A stretch of 63,224 nucleotides of DNA, filler included, from Craspedostauros australis (lineage: Eukaryota): the NCBI GenBank assembly GCA_030167865.1. It is 14 parts of 14 records of this genome, joined end to end, with 100 filler letters (N's around TTAATTAATTAA, not from the genome) between each part and the next. Parts side by side here need not be neighbours in the genome. Positions count along the whole stretch, not along the records: positions 35,379 to 51,763 come from JALAGF010001236.1; positions 51,864 to 54,432 come from JALAGF010001237.1; positions 54,533 to 60,670 come from JALAGF010001238.1; 11 more parts are not named here. The stretch is one strand, 5' to 3'. Shown piece after piece: positions 44,943 to 55,676 of this stretch. The notes below the pieces were generated by a model. It had not been told where the DNA came from. It did no database searches and saw nothing but the letters and a program-made list of their open reading frames with translations. A program made the position numbers and the translations under genes. How positions within the stretch are numbered: position 1 is the stretch's first letter; the number at the start of each line of letters is the position of its first letter.

Positions 44943-46349
44943 ATGCTCTCACAATACTCACAATACTCACGAACGAGTGAAGAAACAGCACTCCCTCCAA
45001 TCAAGTCGACAACAGCTATGCCGAAGAACTCCCCATCGTCGCAGCCATCGGCATCATCACCATCATCACCACCACTGCCACCATCCAAGACAGTGTCACT
45101 GCAACAATCGGAAACGGTCGATGAAACGGATGATGTGAAGAAGTTGATCGACGAGCTCCTCTTGGAGAATCATGGAATTGAATCATGCGAAGATTTGGCC
45201 ACGAAGGGTGGGTGGGATCTGCGACAAGCGCTGGTGGATGTGGCCAAGGTGGGAGATCGACAACTTCTGCCGCATATCCAGGAACATGGGGTCCCGGCCT
45301 TCTACCTGCCATCGTCAGACTCCAGACGATGCCGACACGCGTCGCCAACGTCTGCTGCCGCCAAGAGCAAGGCCAGCAATGATGGGAATGCTGAATCAAC
45401 CGACGACGACACAAACAAAGCCGATGCGTCGGCGGCCGAACCAACCAAGCCCAAGAATTGCTTCCAATCGCTGTGTCGCATCGTGACGGGTCAACAGCTG
45501 ACTAACAAAGTGGCGGAAGTCATGTACAGTCGCTTGCTGCAGGCTACGGGCAACGATCTGCGTCCAGAAGTCATCATCAAGCTTGCGGAAGAGAACTTCG
45601 AGACCAGGCTGAGGAAGCCGTCCTCGATGTCGAATTCGAAGGCACGATGCCTCGTGGAAGTCTCGAAGGCATTCCAGAGTGGGCTCGTATCAGAGGAATT
45701 TCTGAGAAAGGGGGTTGCCAGCAATCTAGCGACGGGACAGGATCGCGCTGGTCGCGACGAAAGTGACGGTGACGACAATGGCGACAATGATGATGACTGG
45801 GAGCAGGACGTGCGATCGCGCCTTCTCCAGATCAAGGGCATTGGACCATGGACATGCGACATCTTCCTCATGTTCTACTTGGAGCAACCGGACGTCCTTC
45901 CACTCGGTGATTTGGGGATCCGCAGGGGCATTGCGTTGTATTTTGGATTGACGAATGGGAAAGAGCGCGGTGGAGGACTGTGCCAAAAGAAGGACAAGGG
46001 CCGCATGGTGGAAGCAATGCGTGAGTACCAACCATTCCGATCCATCCTGTGCTGCTACTTGTGGAGGAATCTCGACTCCACCAGCAAGAAGGACAAGAAG
46101 AAGAAGAAGAAGAAGGCCAAGAAGACCAACTCCGCTGACAACAAGCGGAAAGCGAAAGTGTCGAATGCTGACGCCGACGCTGACGACGGCAAGAGGAAGA
46201 GGAGGAAGGTGAAATCCGAGGACGATACGACGGACGGTGGGACAGCCACCGGGGAATCGCCCAAGAAGAAACAAACTGCCTCGGCACGGCCTGCTCCGGC
46301 GAATGCAGCAGGGACGTTGCGTCGATCCAAGAGGCTCCGACAGGCATGA
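44943..46349 (+). CDS. DNA-3-methyladenine glycosylase (HhH-GPD, AlkA/MAG1-like) with Lys-rich C-terminal tail
   Basis: FQSLCRIVTGQQL, LLQIKGIGPWTCDIFLMF and PDVLPLGDLGIRRG (HhH plus catalytic Asp), YQPFRS. Start is uncertain (44943 or 45018). Confidence 0.9.
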   Translation: MLSQYSQYSRTSEETALPPIKSTTAMPKNSPSSQPSASSPSSPPLPPSKTVSLQQSETVDETDDVKKLIDELLLENHGIESCEDLATKGGWDLRQALVDVAKVGDRQLLPHIQEHGVPAFYLPSSDSRRCRHASPTSAAAKSKASNDGNAESTDDDTNKADASAAEPTKPKNCFQSLCRIVTGQQLTNKVAEVMYSRLLQATGNDLRPEVIIKLAEENFETRLRKPSSMSNSKARCLVEVSKAFQSGLVSEEFLRKGVASNLATGQDRAGRDESDGDDNGDNDDDWEQDVRSRLLQIKGIGPWTCDIFLMFYLEQPDVLPLGDLGIRRGIALYFGLTNGKERGGGLCQKKDKGRMVEAMREYQPFRSILCCYLWRNLDSTSKKDKKKKKKKAKKTNSADNKRKAKVSNADADADDGKRKRRKVKSEDDTTDGGTATGESPKKKQTASARPAPANAAGTLRRSKRLRQA

Positions 46350-48292
46350 CCAATGCACGAGGAGTTCGGTGTGTGCATTGGAAAGAACCAGAGAATGGAA
46401 TGGTGATTGCAATACAGGGTATGACATAGAGTATTGTGTGGTGTTCTACTCCACAACGCATCACATTCCAATGAACGTAACATCATTTTAGTACGCATTT
46501 GAGTTCAGCGTTCATATGTGGTACACGGAACCATTCCATCCATTCCCTTGGTTTCTCTTCACACTGGCAATACCCATGTATTCGTAGCGTGACACTCGCT
46601 CCAGAGAGGATGTTTGTTGTTTCGGATAGACCATGATCCTGCAAGTCGCGATGTGCTCTAGGTAGCCTGCCGAATCGTGGCCATCGTGATCGCTTTCGAC
46701 TGATGTCGTGTTCGGCCACCGTCTGTCTGTGTGTCCGTGTCGTTTCTGTTTGCCACACCGGAATTTGTTCGTGGCCAGAAAATTGTCGTCGCGCAGATCC
46801 AAGGAACCAGCCACAAACAACCAACAAACACATCGGACACATCAAAAGATCCAAACAGCGGCCACAACGATGCAAATCTTGGAGTCAAAAGCCCCATGGG
46901 CCACAGTACTCCACACAGAGCCGATGGGAACGCTCGCATGCGAAACCATGATCAATACAACATGAATGTGCCCCGCCATCCTTGAAGGCGCGGCGTGGAA
47001 ACACACGATCTGGCGAGGTTGCTGCAGACGATGAACCCGGTGGTCGCCACGATCTGCCATCACTCAAGAAACGGCTGAGCTGAGCAGCTGATTGCACACC
47101 ACAAACGTGCACTACGCGTCGCGTCGCATGCACATGCTCGAAATATATACTCTCAAATAGTGTGTTGTGGAGTGATGTGGTGGTGTGGCATGGTACACTG
47201 ATATCCATGGTAAGTCAATTCGACTAGAGTAGAATAGCGTAGAGCAGAGCAGAGCAGAACGAACACAGACATTCGCCTCTGATGGCTCTGCTCTGCGCGG
47301 TAGCAAAGGCAGAGTCTCCACGACTCCAAAACCCACCCAGTTTCGTGCAATATCATTGCGATCACCCCGAAAGGGGTGTGTCGACAGGTCCTCCCTGGTC
47401 CATTTCTCATGAAAGTGGAGGATCTTCATCACGAACATGCTGGAAGAACAATATCGTCCAACACAGCCCCCAGTTGCTTTATATTTTCATCGATTTCGGG
47501 GGTCCTGATGCGACGCAAACATTCATCGTCTTTCTCTTTGATTCCACGAGTGTTGCATCTGGCGCAGCGCTTGTAGTGGCACTATTTTCTCAGAATGCCG
47601 ACGATGCCATTGCAGTGTTCTATGGCAACCTCATCTCACATGCTTGCTTGCAACGTTGCGCTTCCGTTTCCATGCATCGCATCGCATTGCACTTGTTCTA
47701 AGTCATAGTCATGGCGAGGCAGGCAAAGTGATGCCGTTCATCCAAAATTCCGTCGTATGTGGCCAGTGTGTCATCCTCTCCAGAGAGTTGACGAAGAGTA
47801 CTGGTACATACGCGCAGTTGCGCAGGCTATGCGAGTTCGACGTCAACGTTCGGCCGCGGCAACACCCAACCTGATGATTTCCTTGTGGATGCACTATCAG
47901 GGCTAAGCACAGCCACACTCCATCCCTTTCCGTCATGCTGAGTTTCTCGCTTGTAGGTATGGGTATTGTCCGTTGACGACACCGACACTGTGCGCAACGG
48001 CAGCCAGCGCATTCGTTAAAGCCACCATTTGCTTCTGTGAATGGCCTGGCTCCCTCTGGCGCAGCCATCATCGATGTCGGTATGCCAGAATGGAGGAGCC
48101 GCTGCCCCACTCCAAGCAATCACTTTGAAGTCGATCACATCTACACACAAGAACGCCTTTAACTAAATATAAATGTACTATTTTCCACAAGAGACTCCGC
48201 ACTACTCAAACTGCTCCAATCAAACAGCTACACGATATTCCTGCCTCATGGCCCCTCTGTTATTGTCAATGCTCTTACTGTGGCCGTTGTGA

Positions 48293-49762
48293 CTATTGCG
48301 TCTCTTGCAAGCTCTGGTCAATCTTGTACAACAACGAGATGTCACGACTGAGCGGCTCCACACAGTTGTCTCCGCATGCCAACTCAAGTCGTTGCAATGC
48401 GGTGTCCGGATTGAACGGACTGCCAGCACCCTCCAGAAGCACCTTGCTGCTCTGTTCCCCGAAGTGATCCACGAAGCCCTGGATCCAGGATCGTGCTTCG
48501 TCACCCATCGGCGGACCTCGCGAATAAGCCGCCTTCCCGCTGATGCTCTTCCATTTCTCACCGCGATCCCCAAGTTCCGTGCGCCTGTCGCTGGGACGCA
48601 GAAAGGCTTCCAGGCTCCCGATGTAATGATTGATGCGGAAGATATCCTCCTGCTGTCCCCACGCTTGCCTGCATTGCCTTTGGCTGAGCCGGTGAATGGC
48701 CATCGGTTCCCCCACGAAGTTGAGTTTGGAAACATCCGCGATCGCCTTGCCAACGAGAATATTCTTCTCCGGATGCCGGAACCGAAGCGTCTGGAATCGG
48801 TACGGATCCAAGAAGTTCGGAACGCCACGTCGCACATGCTCATCGGGACTCTCGATCGCGCTGTACTGCGTTCGCTGAGGCGTGATGCACGGCCCCTCCG
48901 ATTGGCTCGTCCCGTTCATGACTCTGTATTTCTGGACGCGCTGCAGGGCGGTGAGCAGACTCCCTGGCTCCGCCATCCTTTGCGAGGCGTTCGGAACGGT
49001 GCGGCTGCTCAGAGCGATGACCTCGTCCGTGTCGATGTAGAATGCCCACGTGCGGTTGCGCTCCTTCAGGTGCATGGAACATCCGCGGTAGAACTCCATC
49101 TGATTCTCCTTGTGTATGTTGTGCTTAAGATCGGCTCTGGCTTTGCCGTCTGGCATTCGCTCCGCCTTCATCTCCATCTGCAAGATGAGCCCCTTCTTTC
49201 TCTCATCCCTGGCAAAATCCGTGAGGTTGTGCCACAAGGTGATCTCCATGAGACTTTCCCAACGCTTGAGCAGCGGCTGGAGATCCTGCGTGCTGTACGG
49301 ATCGCGGAAGATGATGAGCGTTCTCATCGAGAATGTGTAGTAATGGTACGCGATCCATTCCACGAGCCGGTGCAGGTCGTCCATCCAGATGAGGCAGGCG
49401 GAGGTCGTGTTGCTGACGTGAAGATCAAGGGCAGGCGGCGGCTGGATCGCGCCAGTGCTTCCACGGGGTGCTGCATCATCATCGTTGCCGTCGTTGCCGT
49501 CGTTGCCGTCGTCGGTATCATAGTCAATGTCGTCGTCTTTAGGCCATGGCAGTCGCAGTCGGTTTATATAGTCGTTGGTTTGGTTTCCACCAAGCCGCAC
49601 GACTTCATTCAACGTGAAAGACTTGCCATTGAGGAGCTCATTCATGTATCCGACGGGCGATTGGGTGATCGACAACAGGCTGATGACCACGACGACCGCA
49701 ATCGCCACCAAGGCCTCGGTCGTGCCCTTCTTTTTTCTCTTTGCTGCTCTGCGGGCCGCCAT
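48293..49762 (-). CDS. Type II membrane GT-A fold glycosyltransferase-like protein (GT2/GT92-like)
   Basis: Basic N-tail plus TM helix; SACLIWMDD..RLVEWIAYHY, WAFYIDTDE (DxD) and RINHYIGS motifs. Confidence 0.75.
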   Translation of the reverse strand: MAARRAAKRKKKGTTEALVAIAVVVVISLLSITQSPVGYMNELLNGKSFTLNEVVRLGGNQTNDYINRLRLPWPKDDDIDYDTDDGNDGNDGNDDDAAPRGSTGAIQPPPALDLHVSNTTSACLIWMDDLHRLVEWIAYHYYTFSMRTLIIFRDPYSTQDLQPLLKRWESLMEITLWHNLTDFARDERKKGLILQMEMKAERMPDGKARADLKHNIHKENQMEFYRGCSMHLKERNRTWAFYIDTDEVIALSSRTVPNASQRMAEPGSLLTALQRVQKYRVMNGTSQSEGPCITPQRTQYSAIESPDEHVRRGVPNFLDPYRFQTLRFRHPEKNILVGKAIADVSKLNFVGEPMAIHRLSQRQCRQAWGQQEDIFRINHYIGSLEAFLRPSDRRTELGDRGEKWKSISGKAAYSRGPPMGDEARSWIQGFVDHFGEQSSKVLLEGAGSPFNPDTALQRLELACGDNCVEPLSRDISLLYKIDQSLQETQ

Positions 49763-51475
49763 TGTCCTCTCCGAGTATGGATTAGAATATATAATACGAG
49801 TAAGCTGTTATATTATATGTTTGGGAAGCGGCGTTTGGAGGTAGCACCTTGAGCAGGATCGTGGATGACCGCACCGTGCTCTTCGAGAAAGTAATAATGA
49901 TAATAGCGTGGATCGCGATTTTGGAACTCTCCAGCTTCGCACACACCACCGCCGTTTGTTTGTAGGTGTTTTCGGCGCCACACAACGGACAGCGTCGACA
50001 CTCGTGGCTGAAAACGTTCAGTATATGCGGTAAATGGTGTTAATCTAACTATTGCCTGCGATAGCTTTATGAAGCCAATGAATATTACCGCGACTTACTT
50101 TCGGCGCCAAAAGATGACTCCAACAACAAGAACGAAACAGGACTGTGCTGGGAGCAGGGGAAAAAGTTGAAGTATTGACCGATGCTGGGAAAATTGCGGA
50201 ATATCAGCACTTTTTTTAGTGCACATTTCCCAGGACTACAAAACGAGTCCCATTGCATTTGTCAGGTATGATGCGTAGCGCTTTGTAAGAACTTCACATG
50301 TACCATGTCGACTACTCCATGTGTTGTACAATGATACCATCAGCTTTGTGTATCGCTATTTCCGAGACACGTCCAAGTCGTGTCATTTTCGTTGTTCCAA
50401 CAATGACGTCGACAACCAACTTGTCCAAGCAGTTGCTGGTTGAGGCGCTTGCGTTTCAGTCATATTTCCGAAGAGCGTTTTTGGATTGTTCTCACCTAGT
50501 CGCTCCGCCCATGCACGTTTCTTCGCAAATCGGATTGCTGTTGTTGTCTGACGTGAACTTTGTCTCATTACCGGTTCTAGCGGAATGCAACGGAGCGTTT
50601 TGTCGACTTGTTGCTTCGATTGTTCGCCGCTTCCACATGGTCTTCGCGGAGGCTTCTTCATTTGTGCTGGCATCCCTCTCATCTGATCCGACCTTTCAGC
50701 AATGATCACTTCAATGCAGGTCCTTGTCACAGTTGTTATCTCCCTCCTGCATTCGGATCCTGTCTGCATCACAGCACCAGCAACTGCTACAAATGCTGCG
50801 ACGACTATTGAGATGGTAGCGATAACTCGTGTGATTTGAAGTCGTCACTATTGTATTATATCTACTGTTGCTGTTGCCAATGTCGTGGCTGCTTNGTGAT
50901 GGTGGCTTGAAGTCCCGCTGTCACTGCAATTGCTGTCATCGTCACCAATGCCGTGGTTGATTTGGGTTGGCAATCCTTTGGCTTCTGTTGTTGATGCCGC
51001 GCTTTTCCGTGGACGACCGCATCCTCCGTGCTCTGCATGCCAATGTGGTCACTTTATTTACTCCTCCTTGCGCGTTTCGCTCTCTCGTTGTGGATCATCT
51101 GCTAATTGGTAAGGACAATGCGGAGGCTATTTGGCACGTGTGTATTATTGCTCTCCATGTTCCAATACACCCATCAGCGAACGATGCCATTGAGCCACCA
51201 CAGGGCACGTACGAAGATTCATCCTGTTGCGCGATACACAGATGAAGCCCATTGGTGAATTACTGCGAATAGAGTAAGTGTGCGCGTTCAAGTGCATCAT
51301 GCGAAGAACAGAGCAGGTGTGATTCAATGATGGCAAAGCAGCCTATTTGCACTCATGACTGATACCACTGGTTGCCTGATCTGTGCACTGAATGAAACAA
51401 CACTGGCATGGCTGGTAAAGAGGTGAGGCGAAGAAGTGTCGACGGCGTACGACCTGCGCCAAACCGTAAACTGTT

Positions 51476-51763
51476 CACGATAACACTAGTTGTGGAGTTT
51501 TACTCGTGATGAGTCGTGATAAAGTAGACTAAAATAGAGCACNNNNNNNNNNNNNNNNNNNNNNNNNNNNNNNNNNNNNNNNNNNNNNNNNNNNNNTTAA
51601 AATTTAAAATAGACAGTGCATTCGGACGCTTGGCTATCGCTTATTCTGAATATCGAAGTTAAATTTGTATGAACTTTATTTTTTAATGTCGTTTTGGCTT
51701 GCTGTGTGTCAGGTGGTGGGTGCGAAAAATTCTCGATGGCATCATGCTGCCCTACCTTCACCA
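51476..51763. mobile_element. Second copy of the CACGATA-terminated repeat, truncated by the contig end
   Basis: Near-identical to 15449..15743 apart from a short indel and a few substitutions; different left flank. Confidence 0.7.
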
Positions 51764-52864
51764 NNNNNNNNNNNNNNNNNNNNNNNNNNNNNNNNNNNNN
51801 NNNNNNNTTAATTAATTAANNNNNNNNNNNNNNNNNNNNNNNNNNNNNNNNNNNNNNNNNNNNTGTTTAGATGGAATATGTTTATCCTTTCCTATGAAGG
51901 TTTGGTCAGAATACGATCCACAACGTACAGAATTGGAGCAAACAGGTAAATGATGCACATATCTACGACTACGTAGGCATTAATTCCCTTCATTAGATGA
52001 AGTACGTTCGTATGGACGAATTAATGACATAATGTTACAAGTATGACAAACATGGATGATGTGGCTTTTACTTTTCCTGTGTGATACAAGTAGTCTACAC
52101 TGATACACTAGCCTTGGGGGCGATGCGAAATATATGTGTCCGTGGGATGTCGCATGGACATTTCGACGTTTTGAGTCGCTAAGAAACACAAAATAGGCTG
52201 GTTAGTGCAAATCGGCACTTCAAAAAGGCTGGTTAGTGAATTTCCTCGTATACAATAGACTGGTGAGATGGACAAGACCAGAAAGAAAGATAAGAAGAGA
52301 GACATAATATGGATGCAAATGTAAAATAACATAGACTGCCAAAATTACTCCAAATTGTTTGCTTCAACTGTTCACAACTCTGATGGTATGCCTCTCCTGG
52401 GGCAGACCCATCAATGATTGTGTGATCGAAATCGTCAAAGGAGACAGCTGCCTGTGCATTCAATGTAGTTGAAGCTCCATTTGTCAATATTCTGCTCCAC
52501 TGGTCCCAGTATCGAAAAATGTCGCAGACGACATGTTGCAGATGGTATGTTTGACGCTCGGTTTGTCTGGGACAGCTGCTCATTTTGATGACACCCACAG
52601 GGCACATCACTTTGGAAAATGCAGACATGTGTGCATACAAGTACTGGCCTCTCAGGTGTTCTGTGGGCTTTCCACCATCATTGTCCTCCTCCTTCTCTTC
52701 GTTGTGTCTGTTGCGATCTCTCAGGCTGCGGTTCTTGGGGCTGTCCTGTTCCTCATCACATGTCCAGAAACACCCAGCAAGCACCGATTCCAACAGTATC
52801 TTCGATTGTCTATATCAATCCACCCATCACCCTCCTTCGTTTGCCCTGCCACCACCTTTGGATC

Positions 52865-54432
52865 ATGAGCCACCCACGCCCAAACTCTCCCGCCAACGCC
52901 CGCCAGCCTTTGCCAAAGGTTCACCGTCCTCTCGAAGGTCGCGATGTCCACTCTCCTCGCCAGGGGCTCAACCCTTATGCTCTCCCCTTCGTACCATCGG
53001 TGTCTCATTACCAATCTAGGATGATTGCACCAGTGGCACGCTTTGTACCATCCCCACCCCCTGCCAACTACCCAACCATTCTCTACGGTCCAACCCCTGC
53101 ATTCCCTCCAACGCATGCCAACTACAACTATCCCACAGGAGGTGGGCACTACAACGCTGCGATGCCAACTGTTGGGTATGATGCAAACTTGCATTCTGCT
53201 TTTGTTGGCATCCCAAACTACCCCATGCCACCTATGGTTGCCACGCCTGCTCCATACGGTACCTCTCCAATGCCACCCATCGCACACGGCATGTCAATCA
53301 CCTGCTTTGGCAACTTGAAATGCCAAGGTTGTGGTATCATGTTCTGTGGTTGCTGCAATCCGGCATATGCGAGACTCTCGCTCTGCCTGCAATGTGGAGC
53401 AAACCATGAAGGAGCTGGGCAGGTGGGCTTTGCCCCAGATGGTCGCAATCAAAACCACTCCGAAACGGCACCTCGTCCGCATGTCCAAGCAAATCGCAGC
53501 ATTGTCATGTCTGCTCCAGTCCCAACCAGCATTGACAACAATTGCAATGGTGATACAATGATGTGTGACACCATCATCAACAACGAAGCCTCAGCCCCTG
53601 GATGGCCAACCTGGACAAAGGATATGGCTGCAAAACAGAAGCTCTTATCCCTCTTTGGGATGGCTGGCAGAGATCCAGGCGTGCTGAGGAACTTCCCAAA
53701 GGGCGGATACCCAGGGATTTTGACCAAGTCCAACAGATATCATTGGGATTCCATGGAACGAGCATGGGAAGAGCATGTTTCCATCTTTTGGGATGCAGCT
53801 GCTCCCAACACCAAGGCTCCACCCCAACTGTGTGATGCCATCAAGTATGTCCAACATGACAAGGCTCTCCCTCCTGCAGAATTGTTGGAGACTGTCTGTC
53901 ACTTTGCCTTCTTTGGAAATGACGACTTCTCTAAAGCTGCACGTGCAATGCTGGCGTGCAAATGTGGTGCCATAGAATGCAAGCGCATCTTGCAATTGCA
54001 CCATCATGCCCTGCCAGCAGAAGAACAAGCCAAGGTCGCCAACACTCGAATCACCATGCGCCGAGAAAAGCACAGTCAATTCAAGGATTTGGCGGACACG
54101 CTTCTATCTGGGAAGTCAATTCCAAAAATAGAGCGGCCTTTCCGTCCACCCGAAGACTCCCTCAAGAATGCCATCTCGTACATCACAACCATCGGGCACT
54201 ACAAGGGCGGCAGATCGCGTACTGTGATGCTCGATGGCATTGTCTACGACAACTTGCCAATCTTTGTTCGCGACAGTACTCCTCCAAGGGAACTGTTCCG
54301 TGACTACATCAAGGGCAATGAGAATGCAGTCGGCTTTCCCACCTTCCACGACCTCCTCAAGCTGCTGACAAGATGTGGCACTTCACACACCGCCTTGTCC
54401 TCCTACTACATGGACATGTCGAACGTCATTAC
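52865..54432 (+). CDS. Hypothetical protein, 3'-partial; Pro-rich N-terminus, Cys cluster, then a transposase-like region
   Basis: Open for more than 520 codons to the contig end; CQGCGIMFCGCC...CLQCGANH. The last ~120 aa recall, from memory only, the pre-catalytic region of some eukaryotic DDE transposases. Confidence 0.5.
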
Positions 54433-54726
54433 NNNNNNNNNNNNNNNNNNNNNNNNNNNNNNNNNNNNNNNNNNNNTTAATTAATTAANNNNNNNNNNNN
54501 NNNNNNNNNNNNNNNNNNNNNNNNNNNNNNNNTCCACGTGCTTCACGTGTCGTTGCTCATCGCACAGCACGGAGTATTGAAGAGCATTGATACGAGAGTC
54601 TTGCTTTTCTCCCACGAACATTTCGCGCAGCGTCGCCTTCTTGATTTTTTTCCTTTCATATCATATGCTTGTATTGGGCAGCGAAATGGGTGGTTCCATT
54701 GTTACGCTGCTGCTTCCGCATTCTGC

Positions 54727-55676
54727 TTAGGCGCTCATGACACGGAACTGGACCATTGGGTTGCGCCAGTCATAGCTCTGGGTGTTTGGGAGGGTGTTGG
54801 TTGGAACATCAGACTGGATGCCGCGGTGGATGTGGACGAAGCCCTCGCCGTTCCCATCAGCGTTGTTGCCGGCTGGGCAGGCTGGTCCTGGGATGGAATC
54901 ACACTGCTGGTTGTTGACCTCGGTACCGGAATCGTATCCAACTCCGCGGAACATGTCACCTGGACTGATCTTGGCACCGCTCAGGGCGACGAAGCTGTTG
55001 GTTGTGTCGTGGTGAGATTTTGTTGAAGAGGATGTGGTGACGAGATGTCGTCGGATGAGAGAATGAAACAATGGGGGCACGATAGTGTGAGAAGTGTGAT
55101 TCTATTCGATTCGATCCGATTCGATTCTGCCCTCTGATTCAATAGCGAACGATGCGATGGCAGCACAATCATACGAATATCCATTACTTACCAATCGTTG
55201 GTGTTGACCGCCATGGTGGCGATGGTGACATAGTAGCCAGCTGGGACGGTGACTGGGATGTCGAGGCTGGCGCCTGGTCCGATCGGGCCTGCGACGGCCT
55301 TGGCGGTAGCGACACCTGGCTTGCCATCGTATGCGGTGACCAAAGCGGATGGATCTCCGTTCTCAGCGAGGGTTCCGAGGGCAGCGCTGGCTGGCGTACC
55401 GAGGGTGAAGAGTGGGCCGGCGGCACGGGTGTGAACCATGAGGAAGAGGCCGCTGAATGGCTGGCGGAAGGCCAGGTTGGTGACGCGGACAATGAGGGAC
55501 TGTGGTCCATCTGGGATGCTGCCGGCCTTGAGTCGGCGAGTGGCCTTGAGGATGTCGAAGTCGTCGACCTTCTCGTTGTCAGAGTCGTGGGCGGCAACGA
55601 ATGTGGAGTCGTTGTTGGCGAGGAGGGCCATGGCGGAAGCCAGGAGGAGAGCTAGGGTGCTGGTCTTGAACATCAT
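54727..55676 (-). CDS. Secreted spondin_N-domain protein; complement(join(54727..54994,55192..55676)), 250 aa
   Basis: Signal peptide; VTNLAFRQPFS, LAENGD, TMAVNTNDCFVAL (formed across a GTAAGT...CAG intron), YDSGTEVN, EGFVHIHRG and DWRNP motifs. Confidence 0.88.

Noticed and set aside
48296..49852. 518-aa plus-strand ORF (likewise 3578..4726, 42305..43306, 39049..40098 and similar)
   Set aside because: Antisense or alternative-frame shadows of well-supported genes with biased codon usage; no motifs of their own.
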